Of a stretch of DNA of 64,000 nt, positions 62,905 through 64,000 are shown one piece after another. A model generated the notes under the pieces. The model worked only from the letters and a program-made list of their open reading frames with translations. It searched no databases and had not been told where the DNA came from. The stretch lies in the NCBI RefSeq assembly GCF_004010195.1, contig NC_057719.1, forward strand, positions 85,114,558 through 85,178,557. Reading direction: 5' to 3'. The DNA comes from Chiloscyllium plagiosum. Lineage: Eukaryota. The position numbers and the translations under genes were made by a program. The stretch's first letter is position 1. Each line of letters begins with the position of its first letter.

Positions 62905-63270
62905 TTATATTTTCAGGCAGTGTGTTCCTGAACACAATTCACAGCATACAAAATGTCTCCACTCTACAATCAAAAACTTTTAGACACAATCCAAAACAAA
63001 GCACTTCAATTAACTGGTATTCTATCCACCACCTGAAACATTCATTCTCTCCACTGTTGCTACAAATTGGCTGCAGAATGTACCATCTGCACCACAGCAA
63101 CTCATCATAGCTTCTTTAACCACACTAACCAAATCACTGACCTCTAGCGGCTAGAAATAGTAGGGCAGTAGATGCATTCAAGCATCACAACTTTCTCAAC
63201 CGCTAAACACACTACCTTGACTTTGAAATTTATATTCCTGTTGGATTAAAACCCTGAAGCTCCCTACCTG
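62905..63270 (+). mobile_element. Old LINE family B 3' remnant
   Basis: gacacaatccaaaacaaagca; taccatctgcaccacagcaactc; aaaaccctgaagctccctacct. Confidence 0.65.
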
Positions 63271-63908
63271 TTTTGGAAGGGCTTTTGAACACTGTAGTAA
63301 CCAGTAATGATGTCATTAAACTGGTGCTCACTGGACCTGATTAGAACAGTGTGGGTGGAGTTAGAAAAAAGGAGTAAAACATATGAAGAGTTAGGCAGAA
63401 GCCAGATATCCAGCAGTTTGAACGTTAGAAACATGTGCAGAGAAGCATAAGTTGGTAGACCATCTGGAATAGTTTCTCAATAAGGCAACAGTAAAATTAC
63501 AACTTGGTACATATCTCTCTCAGAATACCACGAATTGAATATTTGTCTTGATTTGTGATAGTCTTATAAAGATAAGCTGAAAGCCAGTTCTTGACAATAT
63601 CTTCTCTTCAACCAGTATGAAATGAACCATAAGACTCAGATGTGGCTATAAAACCATACAAAAGATGACAGCAGTGATGGGATCGACTGCCTAGAAAATC
63701 ATGGCAGTAGTGAAGCTCAAGAAAAAGACATGAAAGCATTTGAAGAGAAGAACTCAACAAATTGTATTTCAATACATCATCAAACAGTTAACAGCCTGAA
63801 AAGCCAGCTTCTACAAAAATATCTCTGAACAGAAAATTCTTAGAGATATAATCAAAAACAACTTTAAGTCCTAGCATAAGCCTTTTATAGCCAGCAATGG
63901 GGAAAACA

Positions 63909-64000
63909 AGGAGAAAGTGAGGACTGCAGATGCTGAAGATCAAAGTAGCGAGTGAGTGATGGAAAAGCACAGCAGGTCAGGCAGCATCCGAGGAGCAGGA
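63909..64000 (-). mobile_element. PLE pLTR, truncated by the window edge
   Basis: aggagaaagtgaggactgcagatgctg...gaaaagcacagcaggtcaggcagcatccgaggagcagga. Confidence 0.9.

Overview
This is eukaryotic vertebrate DNA, most likely from a cartilaginous fish (shark-type V-SINE/HE1-like SINEs, Deu-domain SINEs and CR1 LINEs). It is not prokaryotic: I see no operons, CRISPR arrays or rRNA/tRNA genes. The only host-gene sequence I can support is a 61-bp minus-strand coding exon (58797-58857, peptide (G)KEEAEAGLREDNANAECHK(W)) that resembles RMDN3/PTPIP51. I could not find the neighbouring exons, so the window appears to be almost entirely intron. The ORF track is mostly decayed transposon fragments or chance ORFs. 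The window is dense with nested, inactive mobile elements: many CR1 LINEs (one with ORF1), a second LINE family whose 5' end is a tRNA-like SINE head, several SINE families, solo LTRs, a Harbinger transposase relic, and about 13 Penelope-like element (PLE) pieces from several families. The most interesting signal is the PLE set. Their terminal repeats carry minimal type-I hammerhead ribozyme motifs (CUGANGA-N-stemII-GAAAC-GUC). Several insertions are fold-back structures with 14-15 bp target-site duplications, and one arm always lacks the same ~35-nt tail. One young insertion (43235-44843) encloses ~1.1 kb of older mosaic DNA, which suggests transduction. All calls were made by eye. Family names and repeat boundaries are approximate and unverified by database search.
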